This document shows, piece after piece, positions 26,801 to 40,700 of a stretch of DNA of 64,000 bases. The position numbers and the translations under genes are program-made. How positions within the stretch are numbered: position 1 is the first letter of the stretch; every line of letters begins with the position of its first letter. Origin of the DNA: Cycas panzhihuaensis (Eukaryota > Plantae > Cycadophyta). The stretch covers positions 82,467,741-82,531,740 of the forward strand of contig CM041465.1 in assembly GCA_023213395.1 (NCBI GenBank), in the 5' to 3' direction. The notes beneath the pieces were generated by a model. That model was given only the letters and a program-made list of their open reading frames with translations. It was not told the DNA's origin and made no database searches.

Positions 26801-29800
26801 GCAATGAAACTTGCCTTTAAATTTGGTCTACTTGTTATTTTGTCTCTTTTCTTTTTTGTGTGTGTGCGTGTGGGTTTTTAGGTGGATGTGCATATCTATA
26901 TCAGACAGTGTATGATTGAAGTGAGCCCAACAGAGAATTCAGCAGAAAATAATATAAATAAGTTCAACACTTATGACAGCATGCACTGTAAATGAGGAAT
27001 CCAGCAAATGATAATGATAATGATCATAAATGAAGTCAGAAGAACAAAGTAATAGATAGATGGAAGATGCCAGTCATTGAAGTGCCAAAAGGGGAATTGT
27101 CCTTTAAAAGTGGGAACGGCTCGGGGATGAGAAGAGGTTGGCATGAACAAGGGGTAAGGAATAGAACATACATGAAGTGGATCTCGCGAGGATCCCATGC
27201 CCCCTTGCGGAGCAGAACCAATCAATTAATCAAAACAAAACTACATATGAAATTAATAATTAGATATTGCCTATATATAGTTTTGATCAAAGGGTTTGGC
27301 CAAGTTGGCCTTTAAATGTCATGGTGCATGACATGCCCTCCCATGTCAATCAAAGAGCTTTGCCCACAAAGCTTAGGATGGTTGTCAATGTATTCTTGTG
27401 CTTCCCGTGTTGTGGCCTCTATTGGAAATCCCTTCCATTTAATAAGATATTCTATTACTGTCCTTGATCTAAGCTTTCTTTGGTGGGTTTCAGTGATACC
27501 TTCTGGTTTGAGAGGAACCTTTTCATATTCGTTGGTGATTGGTAGGTCCGTTGTTGTGATGATGTTCTGACCCACCTTCTTCTTTAGGCTGGACACGTGA
27601 AAGACATTATGGATCTTGCTATGTGGTGGAAGACTCAAGAGATAAGCTATGTTGCCTATTCTTCTTTGTATTTGAAATGATCCATGGAATTATGGTGCAA
27701 GCTTGAATTTCTCTTGCTGCCTTGGTGAAGTTTGTTTGCATGGTTGCAAATGCATGTATACCTAATCTTTGATCTCAATTTGCCCTTTTGTCCAATGTCT
27801 ATTTGCTTCTTGTTTCATCTGATTTCTTGCCTTGTAGTTAAACTTAAGTTCCTTGAGAATTTGTTCAGCACGTTGAATCATTTCTTGGATAGTTGGAATG
27901 CGAGCAATTGTTTGTATATAGTTTGCTAGTGTAGGAGGTTGATACCCATACATTGTTGTGAAGGGTGTCATTTGGATTGTGGACTGTAGTGTTGCATTGT
28001 ACCAATATTCAGCTAGATGGGTGCATTTTACCCATTTAGCTTGGTTATCTCCTGTGAAACAGTGCAAATATGTTTTCTAACATTTATTGACAATTTTTGT
28101 TTGGCCATCTATTTGGAGATGGTATGTTATACTCATAGAAAGTTTGGTGCTTGCGAGTTTAAAGAGTTCCTTCTAGAAGTTACTAGTGAACTTAGGGTCC
28201 CTATTAGATATAATCTTTCTAGGGAAGCCATGTAGTTTGTAGACATTTCCCATAAATACCTCTGCTACTTGCAACACATTATAGTTGGATTGAATAGGTA
28301 TGAAGTGTTTGTACTTTGTAGGACAGTCTATAGTTACAAAAATCACATCCTTTCCTTCCGATTTGGGTAGTCATGTGATAAAATCCATTGTGATTTCTTC
28401 CCATTTCTGCCGGGGAATCAGAAGTGGTTGTAATTGTTTGAGATACTATGTGGATTTGGACTTTTGCCTTTGGCACATGTCGCATTCCGCTATGCACTTT
28501 CTAATATCCTCCTTCATTCCTCTCCCAAAAAATGACAGCCTTATCCTGTCGTACGTCTTTGAAAATCTTGAGTGGCTTGTTGATGGTGCTTGGTGGCATT
28601 CTCAAACGAGTTTGTCTCTAATGGTTGGGATCTTAGGAACATATATTATGCCCTTGTACATGAGTGTGTGTCCATTAATTTTTCAGTTTTGGTTGGTTGT
28701 TCCATTTTCACACTTCTCAATGAGTGTATTGACTTGTGCGTCACTTGAATATTCTCGTTGGAGTTCATCTATCCAAGAAGGTTGTAAAACTATTATGGTG
28801 GCATTGTTCTTCATCATATTTCCCTAAGAGGGCATTGACTATCGCATTGTTTGTTCCCTTTTTGTATGCAATGTTAAAATCATAATTTTGTATTTTGCAC
28901 ATCTATCTCTATTGTTCCTCTGATAAGTTGGGTTGTGATAAGAAATACTTGAGGCTTTGGTGATTTGTTTTGATAGTAAATTTGTTGCCAAGTAAGTATT
29001 GTCACCATTTAGCTAATGCATGCAGAATTGCCATCATTTTTTTGTCGTATGTGCTTTTAGCTCTCTCTCTTTCTCTCTCATACGTTTAGTTTGTGGCTTT
29101 CATGTGCAATTGGATGGCCTTGTTGAAGGAGTGTTCCTTTAATTCCTATTTCAGAAGCATCACATCTGATTGTGAATGGCTATAAGAAATTTGACATTGC
29201 GAGTATTGGAGCAATAGTTATTGTTGACTTGAGATTGTTGAAACTTTGATCAGTTATTTCACTCCACTTGAACCCATTCTTCTTGCATAAATCCATCAGT
29301 GGTCTTGTTATGATTGTGTATCCTTTTATAAATTTGCAACAATATCCTGTGAGTCCTAAGAATCCTTGTACCTTTGAGATGTTCATTGGTATTGGGCAAT
29401 TGATGATAGCCTGCACCTTGGTTGGATAGATTTTTATGCTTTCCTATGATACGATGTGCCCTAGGTAGTGGAGCATCCACTTGCCAAAACTACATTTGGA
29501 CATTTTGGCAAAAACTTTATTGTCATGTAAGGTCTTCAATGTTGCTTTCAGATGTTGGAGGTGTTACTCCCATGACTTGCTATAGACTAGAATGTCATAA
29601 GAAAAAAAACATAATGAATATCTTGAGAAATGGCATAAATACCTTATTCATGGTTGCTTGGAATATTGCATGTGCAATTGTGAGCTCAAAGGGCATCACT
29701 TTGAACTCAAATAGTCTGTTGTGCATGCAAAAAGTGGTCTTCTCTATATCCCATGGGCAAATAGGTATTTAATAGTACCTCAAACATAGATCAATTTTGA

Positions 29801-30725
29801 AGAAGTAGGTGGCTTCATGTAACTCAATTATGTCATCCATTCATGGGATGGGATATTTGTTTTTAATAGTTATCTTGTTCAATGCTTGATAATTAACACA
29901 CAAGCAGAAAGATCCATCTTTCTTCTAAACTAGGACCACTAGTATTGCATAGGGGTTTTTGTTGGGAGTTATTGCTCCACTATCCAAGGGGTCCTACATC
30001 AGTCTTTCAATTTCGATCTTTTGTTTATGACTGTATCAGTATGGCTTCGCTATTATGTATCCTTTCCCTAGTTCAATTTCAATTATATGTTCTATTCACT
30101 TAGGTGGAGGTAATATATTTGGCAAATCTTGGCACACTTCTAAATATTGGTTGATGATCAAGTTTATCTGCTTTTGTTGTTGGTTGATTAATTCTTCTTT
30201 TGCTTTTGTCCTTGTATTGCAAATATTCCTACTATGAAGCCTACTTGGCCCTTCGGCAGTAATTTGGCCATTTTGTTAGCTAGTACTATTAATGATTTGG
30301 GCATTTTGATCCCTGAGATTTGGTGCAATTGCCCATTCATGTAAAGGAAAATGAATTGTTCATCATGGTTGAGTCTATATGTCCCAAAAATTCTAAACCA
30401 TTCCACTCCCATTACTATGTCAAATTCCCCCACAGTGAAGGTGTAAAAGTTTGTGATAATTGATACCATCTCCATCTAAATTTGTTGACATCTAATTTCT
30501 CCATTTCAAGGAATTGAATTTCCTCTAGGTATAGTCATGTCAAAGTTTCTTTCCATGTCTATGTTAAGGCCTAGCCTTTTGGCAATGTGAGTGTCAATAA
30601 AATTATGGGTGTTTCCTAGGTCGATAAGTACTATGAGCTTCTATTTTCAAATGTATTTGTATACCTTGATGGTATTGGGTCACTGAATTCTTAATAAGGT
30701 GGCCATGGATATTTCAGGTTGTCTA

Positions 30726-32074
30726 TGTCAAAACAAGTTAGATAGATGATGAGAATACTTCAGTTCATTAATGAGAGAGAAATTCTCTTGTATAAATACA
30801 TCATATGCACATATGGAGGGCTATGAATGTAGGCCAAGTGTCATCAACACATTAAAGAGGGATTGAACACATAACATTCAAGTTAACTTTAGAAGACATA
30901 GATACAAAAGATAGAACATTATTTCTTTAACACCCTCTCTTAATGTTTTATCTTTTGTTTTCAGTTCCAAGTAGATTCTTGAAGTGTTGAAATTTATCCT
31001 TTGGTAGTGGCTTTGTAAGAATGTCAAGAAGTTGTTCTTCATTGGTATAGTATAATAGATCTATTTCTTTAGCTTGTACTTTTTCCTTGATAAAATGATG
31101 ATGGACTTCAATGTGTTTCGTTCTAGCATGAAACATTGGATTCTTTTCCATTTTGATAACACTTTGATTGTCATAAAAAATGAAGGTAGATTGGCTCTAT
31201 TGTTGCTTTAAATCTTTAAGTAGTTGTCTAATCCATACTACTTCACACGTTACACTGATAGTTGCTTTGTATTTTGCTTCAGTGGATGGCAGAGCTATAG
31301 TGGGTTGTTTCTTGCTACTCCAGGAAGTAACTGCAGGTCTAAGTGAGAAAGAATAACTCATTGTGGATTTTTGTTCTTGTCAATCTCTAATCCAATTTAA
31401 GTCATTATAGCCAATTAATTGAATAGTCGAAGCTTTGATATAGTTAAGGCCCATTGCTGAGGTACCTTTAATGTACCTCAGAATTCTTTTAGCAACATTC
31501 CAATGAGAAATCTTTGGATGTTGTATATATATGGAGAGGATTCCAACTGAATATGAAATATTTAGTCTGGTGGTTGTAAGATAGATAAGACTGCCTATTA
31601 ATTGTCTATGCAAGGTTTAATCCACTAATTGTCCATCATCAGTAGCAGTCAAGACACATCTTGTTTACATTAGAGTGACACAATTGTTGCAATTCTCCAT
31701 TTTAGACTTTTGAAGAAGATTTCTTATATATTTTGATTGGGATATAAAAATAGAATCCTTTTGTTGGCTAATTTCAATACCAATATAGTAACGAAGTAAA
31801 TCCATATCTGCCATTTCAAATTCTTTTTCCAGTTGTAACTTGATTTTATAGATCGTATCATCGTCATTTTCAATAACTATCATGTCATCTACATAAACTA
31901 CAATGACAGTTATTAAATTGTTTTTATTTGTTTTAATGTATAAACTTAAGATCTGAGTCATATCTACTAAAACCTTTTTGTTTTAGATGTTGATCTAATT
32001 TTGCATACCATGCTCTAGGTGCTTATTTTAAACCATACAAGGCCTTTTTTAGTTTGCAAACAAGATGTTCTTAA
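30726..32074 (-). mobile_element. Ty1/copia 3' part (LTR, PPT, RNase H, RT) inserted just 5' of the Reina-like protease
   Basis: LTR 30726-30932 (TGTCAA..TTAACA); PPT on minus at 30933-30940; ORFs KNPMFHARTKHIEVHHHFIKEK, RQLIGSLIYLTTTR, VVYVDDMIV. Confidence 0.88.
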
Positions 32075-32422
32075 TGTTGGGGTTAATGTTCCTCACCTAA
32101 CTCCCACCTTAGGAACATGTGAAGTGCACACATCTTCATGGTAAGTTAAGGTAATATTATTTTATTATGCATTGTTATTATTTTATATTATTTTGAATTT
32201 GGAGGTTGAGGAGGGTTCTCTCCTTCCTCCCAAGTATATATTTTATGGGGTTCAAAACCCTGGTGTTCATCAACACCACCATATCAACGCATTATTGATG
32301 TGCACTCTTCTACAATGGATTGAATACAATGACATTTTGATATTATGCTCTCAATATGGCTTGATTACTTATGTTCATTTGCTCCGCTCTGTTCTCCATA
32401 CTCCAACATTTGGTATCAAAGC
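32075..32422 (+). mobile_element. 5' LTR (32075-32408) and PBS of an LTR element inserted in the copia RT
   Basis: Inverted termini TGTTGG..CCAACA; PBS TGGTATCAAAGC at 32411-32422. No partner LTR found in the window. Confidence 0.8.
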
Positions 32423-34254
32423 CTGCCAGGTTCACGCTGCAATACTCTGTTCATTGTTATTACATTAAAATTATTGTACTTTATATGGAAACTTACCATA
32501 TTATTGATATATCTTCATATTTCATGGTTTAATCAAGTATACATCTGGATTATTATGTTTAATCTTTGTATCTGCATGCGTGCTCCTCTGTTTGGCATCC
32601 TGCAAGCTGCTCTACGTGTTGTACAGCCTCGTACGATCTCCGTTTGACATACCAATATCTTGTACAGCCCTCTGGCATCCCTACGTCCCTCAGTGGCTCT
32701 GTATGACCTTGTATGACCCCTCAGGCATTGCTACATGTCATTTCTTTGCCGTTCTGGCCTCTGCATGGACCTGCGTCCCCCTGTTGAAGCTCTGGCTCCT
32801 ACGTGAGCCCTTTGACATCCTTCATGCGTACTGCGTGCCTCTGCGGGGCCCTGCATCCCTCCGTCGACTGTCTAGGCTCCCTACGTGGCATCCCAACATG
32901 TTTCTCATGCTCTGCGGCCCCCTGCGTCTATCTCTTTCTGCTCGGTGAGCTCTATGTGATCCCTCCATTGGAATTCTAGCTCTCTGCATGAGCTGCGTCG
33001 ACTTTGCACCATTGATGCGCCCTTTCTGTCATTTGCCCTCTGTGTGACATCTATACGTCGCTATTTTTTGCTCCTCAAAGATCCTCGAGCAACCTTGAGT
33101 AGCTGAGAAGATCCCTGAGAGTCTTTTGGATTTGATTTACTTGATTAATTCTCTATTTTCATCATTTTTTCACCAAAGAGGATTCTTTGATTGTAAACCA
33201 CTGTTGCTCTCTCCTCCATTGACGAAATTGGCATATACGGTTGTTCATTTCATCCGTCTCTGAGTCATTTAGCCAATAGAGAAGACGGATCTTGATTTCA
33301 TCAACTCATTTATGAGAAATCCTCTCTGGATCACCAGTCTCTTAGCCCATTTACGTCAACCCAATCATGTGATTAAATTCCATTTTATTTTATTTTTTTC
33401 TAAAGTTTTGATTTAATTTAATTAAATTTAAATTATTTTGAAATTTGGGTGCGTAACTTTGTGTTAGCCCCTCTTTAGCCTTAGCCCCCAGTCCTATTTG
33501 CTCTATATGACCACCTTTTTTGGAGGATTTCAAATAACATTAAGCTATTTTTTATAAATCTTGATTATTCAAAAATTATATTTCATATTTTATAATTTTT
33601 GGAATCCTAGCCCCCCTTTTGAGCCCATCGGACGGTCATATTGACCCCCAGGTGACCAGACCTTATTGATCAAAGGGGCTTAGCACCCCTCCTTCTCGGT
33701 TTTGATTCTCAAAAGAGGTTCTTGGATAGTTTCTTTAATATCTTGAGTTCTAGAACTCCGTTTTCCAAACGGTTGGATCCAGTCAGAAAGATTTTTTGAT
33801 GCTCTACATGTTGAAATAGGTTTTATCATGATTTGACACTGTTTTGCAGGTCTTTTAAACTGATAAAGTTGAGGTTCTGATTTGGTCCTAGTTGGACATG
33901 TTTTTGAATAATTAAAGCAAAATTTTCACTTAAATTCAATATATTTGTTCAATATTGAGCTACTGATTAGTTGATTACAGATTTTGATTGTTTTTAGAGG
34001 CTGACAATTATTTTTTATAGCCATATAGCTCTATTTTAGCCTCTTAAGATGAAGGAGCCTTCTTTGGCATCAAAATCATCAAATTGGTGAATTCTAACGC
34101 CTAACTCTACTTTTAAGCTTTCATTTTATCTTTTAGCTTATAAATTTGATTCAAATCTCTCCTAAAGCTTATTTATTGCTTATTTTAGGCCAATTATTGT
34201 CTCTTTCGAGGCATTCATTTAAGGTTTATTTATAAGCATATTTCAAGTATATAT

Positions 34255-37160
34255 AAGGTGGAATTACAAAAAATAAAGACAACTGAGATTAATGTAGGAG
34301 ATAAAGAAAATCCTTATCATATCACTATTAGAAACTATTGGGATAATAAAATAGTGGTTGAGGCACAAACATTGTTTGAAGAATTTGAGGATGTATTCTC
34401 TTGGTATTATAAATACCTAAAGGGAATCCCTCTAGAGATTAGGATGCACCACATCAACCTCATTGAAGAATCCAAGTTGGTGAAGAAAAGGCCCTATTGG
34501 ATGAATCCAAAGTATAAGGAAAAGTGAAAGCCAAATTGGATAAGATGCTAGAAGCAGGTTACATCTACAAGATTGACGACGGTGATTGTATAAGCCTAGT
34601 GGTAGTGGTGCCCAAAAAGAATGGGAAAATAAGAGTGTGTGTAGACTATAGACAGTTGAACGAAGTAACCAAAAAGGATCTATAAGGAGAAAGTGAAAGC
34701 CGAATTGGATAAGATGCTAGAAACAGGTTACATCTATGAGATTGAATATAGTGATTGGGTAATCCCAATGGTGGTGGTGCCCAAAAGGAATGGGAAAATA
34801 AGAGTGTGTGTAGACTATAGACAACTAAACAATATAACCAAAAAAGATCCATTTCCGATTCCTTTTGTAGAAGATGTATTAGAAATAGTAGGAGGCAATG
34901 AGGTTTATTCCTTCACAGATGAATTTAGTGGGTACAATATGGGGAGCATGCCTATAGGGTAATGCCCTTTGGGTTATCCAATGTGCTCGTTGCATTCTAA
35001 TGCATTGTGATTAACATTTTCAAATAGGTGCTAGGAATGAAAGTGGTTGTGTTTTTGGATGATTGGACTTTATATGGCATAATGAAAAACTGCATGGATT
35101 ATTTGAGGAAAATGTTGCAAACTTATAGAGAAAATAATATCTGCTTAAATCCAAAGAAATGTACTTTCCTAGTTCCATTTAGAAACTTGATGGGCCATAT
35201 TATTAGCAAAGAAGGATTATTAATAGACCCAACAAAAGTATCTGCAATTCTACATTTTCTAGTCCCCTTGTCACCAAAGCATTTGAAAGGGTTCTTAGGA
35301 CTAACTTACTACTATAGAAATTTTATCAAGGGATATTCATGTATATTAGGACCCCTGGTGGAATTATTGAGAAAGGATATCAAATGGGAATGGGGAGTAG
35401 AACAACAAGAAGCTTTTGAGTCTTTGAAGAGGGTAGTAGCATTGCCACTTGTTCTTCAATTTCCTAATTGGGACAAAATCTTCCATGTGCATCTTGATGC
35501 GTCACAGTGTACTTGCCTAACTAGGAGAAACCAATGTTGACCATCTTGTCTACTTTGCAAGACGCAAATTGACTAAGGCTAAACAAAACTATATGACAAT
35601 TGAAAGGTAAGGCCTTGGAATGGTATATGTTCTACAGAAATTTCGACACTACCTATAGTCAAATCCATTTATCTTTTATGTGGATCGTCAAGCATTGATG
35701 TACCTCATGAATAGGCCTATATTGAAAGGGAGAATTAGTAGATGGCCTATGTTGTTTTCGGAATTCACTTTTAAAATTATGATCAAGCTTAGGAGAGCAC
35801 ATATGATACCTAATCAATTATCTAGGATAAATAATGGGTAAGAAGGCATAGGAACACTAGATGGTTTTCCAAATGTAACACTCTTTAGTGTCGAATTGTT
35901 TGCAACATAATGGTATGAAGGAATTGCGGAGTATCTTGTGAAAGGTGAACTACCACTAGACCTAGACAAAATAGAAAGAAGACATTTAGTTTGAAAGGCA
36001 AAGCCATACCAATTAATTCAGGATGAACTATATCGCTTAGGACTAGATCAGGTGCTTTGACATTGTGTCAAGCCCCATGAGACTGAGCAGATAATAGTCC
36101 AGGCACATGAAGATGTGGTTGGAGGGCATATGGGCAAGCTAGCAACCTAGAGGAAAGTCCTATTAGTAGGATTCTAGTGGCCTACTATGCTTGAGGATAT
36201 AAGAAAATGGATTAAGAAATATAAGTATTATTAGTGAGTCAGGAAGCCAAGTTGTTAGGACTTTCGACCTCTTAACCCAATCTTACCGTTAGCATTATTT
36301 GAGAAATGGGGTCTTGACTCTGTTGGGCCTATCAAACCTACAGTTTGATGATACCAAGCTTGATATATTTTGGTAGCTACAAATTATATGACTAAGTGGG
36401 TGGAAGTAAGTCTTTTTAGGAAAGTAAATTCTAACAGGACAACCGGATTCCTTTACAAGGTGATTATTACATGTTACGAGTGTCTGCTGGAGATTGTTAG
36501 TGATCATGGTTCGTATTTTCTAAAACAAGTAATGGAAGACTTGAAATCTAAGTTTTTGATCAACCGTTGAAAATCAATGCCCTATTACCCTAGAGCAAAT
36601 GGGCAAGTAGAAAGTATAAATAAAATCATTGAAACTTGTCTGCAAAAAATTTGTGATGTGGGTAGATCAAATTGGACAAAAAAGTTGGTGGCAGTATTAT
36701 GGGCTTTCCACACAACACATAAAAGGGCAACGAGACAGACACCATTTCAGTTAGTGTACATAATAGAGGCCATTATCCTAATAGAATTGGAGATTCCAAG
36801 TCTAAGAGTAGCTATGGCTTGTCGACTTGATGATTTCAATTCCCTAGGAGAGAGATTACAACAATTGTTGCAATAGAGGAAACAAGTCATAGAGCAAAGT
36901 GGTTGCAAAATTTTGAAAAGATGTGATAGAAAGTGTGGCATGACTATCGTCTAAAGGCACCCCAGTTTCAAGAAGGTGACCAAGTGTTGTTGTACGACAA
37001 CAAATTTTGTACACACCCGGGGAAATAAAAAATGTGACGGCTCAAACCATACATCGTCAACAAAATTTTCAACAATGGTTCGGTAAGATTGAAAGAGATT
37101 GATGGGTTGCAATTGTCAACCTTGATCAATGGTAGTCGGTTTAAACCCTATCATAGTTAG
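34255..37160 (+). pseudogene. Non-chromovirus Ty3/gypsy pol (RT, RNase H, integrase) without upstream gag/PR
   Basis: PYWMNPKYKEK, RVCVDYRQLNNITKKDPFPIPF, VFLDDW, FHVHLDAS, FEKWGLDSVGPI, PYYPRANGQVESINK, terminal NGSRFKPYH. No chromodomain. Confidence 0.9.
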
Positions 37161-37439
37161 GGTGCAACCATCCTGCCAAATGAATCAACTAGTTGCACCA
37201 TAACGTATTGCTTGAAGTTGGAGACAATCAAGGTTGTCTTGGTATTCAAACATGATTCTAGTCCAGTACGTAAACAAAAATTACAAAAGAAATTAAAAAA
37301 AAAGAAAAAATAACTATAACACCAATCATACACTTAAGCAAAATCACCATATGGCAATATTTGAAAAAAAAAGAAAAAAGAAAAAGAAAAATAAAGAAAA
37401 TAAAGATGGAAAAAATGGTGATGTAAAAAAGAAAAGGGA

Positions 37440-37625
37440 TGTATGTATGTATGTATGTATGTATGTGTGTCTGTATGTCTGTATGTATGTATGTATGTAT
37501 GTATGTATGTATGTATACATATCTGCATTTGTACATCTATATGTATGTATGTATGTATGTATATACATGCATCTATGCATACGTATGTATGTATATGTAT
37601 GTATGTATACGTATGTATGTATGTA

Positions 37626-37680
<55 letters not shown>
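37440..37680. repeat. (GTAT)n / (TA)n microsatellite
   Basis: Directly visible. Confidence 0.95.
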
Positions 37681-37682
<2 letters not shown>

Positions 37683-38142
37683 AAAAAATGAAAAATAAGG
37701 ATATATAAAAAAAGAGGTAGAGGACATATTATTATTAAAAAAAAAGATGAATTTTAAGTATATGTTCCTCCTAAATACACTATACGTTCCAAAATGGAAC
37801 GGTATCAAGAACGTATACAACAGAAGAACACAAAGTGTAAAATTACATTATACGTTCTTGCGAGCATTCCAGTGGGGAATGCATAGCCAAATTGCACAAA
37901 TAAAAGCATCAAATCAACAATTTGAAGCCTCATTCCGACACGATAGAGTACTATAAGGACAAAGATTGTCAAGAGCAAGCAATCCAACTATAGTAGCATC
38001 GAGTATTAGCATTAAAATCTCCATACATTCTCACAACGAATGCACAAAATGTATTTAAGGTTTTCCACACAAACAACCCTAGTTTCTACATTTTCTCTTG
38101 TTAGTGTTAGGTATTACTTCCTAGTATTCCATTCTATCCAAA

Positions 38143-39290
38143 ATGATAACTATAGGGTCTCGAGAGAACTATCTACCAAAGTTGAAGGTAGAGTTAGAAG
38201 GGTTACTAGCCCCATTTAAAGCCAAGGTATGATAGCCAGGGTGGGGAGAGTATATACACTTGGCTCCATTATATTAGGACTTGAAGATGATGAAGCAATT
38301 CCCATTGGAATTAAAGAAGAATGTGGGATGCATTCAATTGAATGGAGATATGATCCATGTTGTCACAGGACTTCCCAAGGAGGGGAACATCCTAACTACT
38401 ACCAAATGATTGGAGGTTGATTGTGAAACATGGGTGAGGGAGATGTGCAAGGAGAACACTTAGATATTCTTTCGTGGAATCAGAGTTGTGGATATCAGGG
38501 ATATCATATTGCCGTGGGTGGCAAAGGTGATTGTCACTCGGTTTTTGTCCAAACGAAAAACACATACATTCTAAGAGGTATGATGTTAGTGTTGCCCCAA
38601 ATCTGAGATGGAGTTCAACTGAATTGGTCATAATTCTTGGAAATACAAATGAAATAACAAATTGAGGAGATAACCACTCATCCCTTCATGCATCCCTCAT
38701 TATTGTTGGCCATTTTGTTACATCAGTTTCTGGGAACACAATCACCACAACAATTAAGTAGGCCACACAATCCATTAATCAAACAATGGGTGGAGGCATT
38801 TCCAAAAAATACTCAAGATATGGAGGTAAAAAGGAAAGTAAAAAAGGAGATGGCAAGGACATTGATGTGGTTGCGACAAATAGTAGGTAGCCCTATTTAC
38901 CACTACTCCAAACTGGTGATGAAAAATTGCACTAAACAAAGGCGAGAGGAAGCAACGAAAGAGCAAGAAGTGGAGTTGGAGCCCTCATTGGAGGAGTAGG
39001 CCCCATCCAAAGAAGAATTCCCTCATATCACTGAACTAGGGGAGACATCCTCACCACAACCAACATCTATGGAAGGGAAGAGCTAACAAATTATCTACAT
39101 GGTGAAGGAGATGGAGGCAATTTACAAGGCAAAAATTGTCACTTTGAAAGAGAAGTTGAAAGAGAAGGATGCAATCATAGCCACCCTTGCCCAAATCAAC
39201 AAAGATGTACTAAAAGCAAGTAAAGCTACAACAGATCTAGGGCAGCAGGAGCAACCTTGATACGGAGTGGGGGTGAATCAAAATAAAAAA
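38143..39290 (+). pseudogene. Decayed accessory ORF downstream of gypsy pol
   Basis: A mostly single frame from ATG 38143: ..IQLNGDMIHVVTGLPKEG..RGIRVVDIRD..DGVQLNWS*FLEIQM..HPSLLLAILLHQ, then a charged linker and a heptad-like KAKIVTLKEKLKEKDAIIATLAQINK. Confidence 0.6.
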
Positions 39291-40700
39291 ATTTGGAATT
39301 TTGAATTGAGCATGGATGTTCAACCCTTTTTGTTGACCTAGGATAGATGTTGGGATAAATTTTGGTACTTGGGTGATTTTGGACAATGGAAAAGTAGGAA
39401 TGCATGCTTATCCTAACATGAGGAATGCAAGAATTCATCAACAAAGGGACATACGATGGAATGCATACTAGAAATTAGTGTAAAAGGGCGAAATAGAGCT
39501 CTTGAGGAATGCATGATAGGTTGTGTTTCAAAACAAAACACGACATAGTCTAAAATGGATGTGGAATGCATAGTGAGGAATGTATGGGATGTATGCCCAG
39601 ATCAAAGATGTACATTCTAGAGATGTTGATGTCATATTTAGTGATACATTTGTACAGACAAAAAAAGATGTTAAAAGGCATAATTAATGTGTATTGAGTG
39701 AAAAAGTGTAGTTTGTCATAAAAAGGTATGTTTACGACCAAAAGTCACAGTCGTTCCTCAAAAAGGCATGCATAGTGTATTTATTGCTCAATCAACCACT
39801 ATTTTGGTGTAAGAACTAAATTAATGAGTCTTGTGATACATTCTCAAGTGTGAGAACCAAATGTATGTAAGGAATGCTATGTTGGAACACATGTGGAACG
39901 TTTCTCTCAGTGATGTAAAGACATTTTGACAGTGATATTGTTTAATGAAATAATGAATTACATGGAAATACTGTGCATCTTGTGCAAAATGATTTTAAGT
40001 TATAAATTTATATTGATATGGTGACTAATATGATGGTATGGTGATGATGTTATGATTTACTATTATGATGGTTGTGTAAGAAGTGATAACATGACTATGT
40101 TGACCAAGCCCTAACTAGACTACCAGATAGTGACCCCCTTGACAAGTGTACTTTCAAAGGGCAAAAGTAGAAGTCAACAAGGTGTGGGGAGTGGAAGTTG
40201 AAGTAGGGTTGGCAAGGAATAAAATCAATGTGCATTAAGGATATGGGTAACATATATGGAGGGTTTATTTGGGAATAGTAGGTGAGAGATGGAAAAAGCA
40301 CTAAGAACTATATATAGATAAGAGAGAGTGATGTAGGAGATAGGAAATGACATGGGGTTGATAACAAAAACAATAAACATTTTGTAAGTAGGGGAAAGAG
40401 GGATATAGAGAAAGGATATTGAGGTGTAGGTGTGAAGAGGCGATAAAAGTGGTATAGGGTCCCGATAAGATTAGGAGATGACATATGTATGTGTGAAAAA
40501 ATAGAGAATGAGGGTTAGCGAGTATGATGGTAATTCTATATGGACATGCATCGAGGATAGAGATGGGTGAAGGAAGACATATGAGGAGTACTACAATTTT
40601 GAAGAAAATATTCATTTTTTGTATTGTTTAGTTGCTTTGAAATATTAATAAAAAACTAGTTGTATGTCTCTATTTATGAAAATTTCTCTTGTTTTATGAT

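Noticed and set aside
28300-28827. 175-aa + strand ORF
   Set aside because: Antisense to the Reina-like integrase; no independent coding signal.
32580-32948. 122-aa ORF after the 32075 LTR as a candidate gag
   Set aside because: No gag motif, GTG start, and it arises from a GC-rich low-complexity block.
37258-37820. MYVC/HTYI ORFs
   Set aside because: Translations of the (GTAT)n microsatellite.
26912-40700. Same ATGAT pentamer before the LTRs at 26917 and 40701
   Set aside because: Different elements on opposite strands; an AT-rich 5-mer match is expected by chance.
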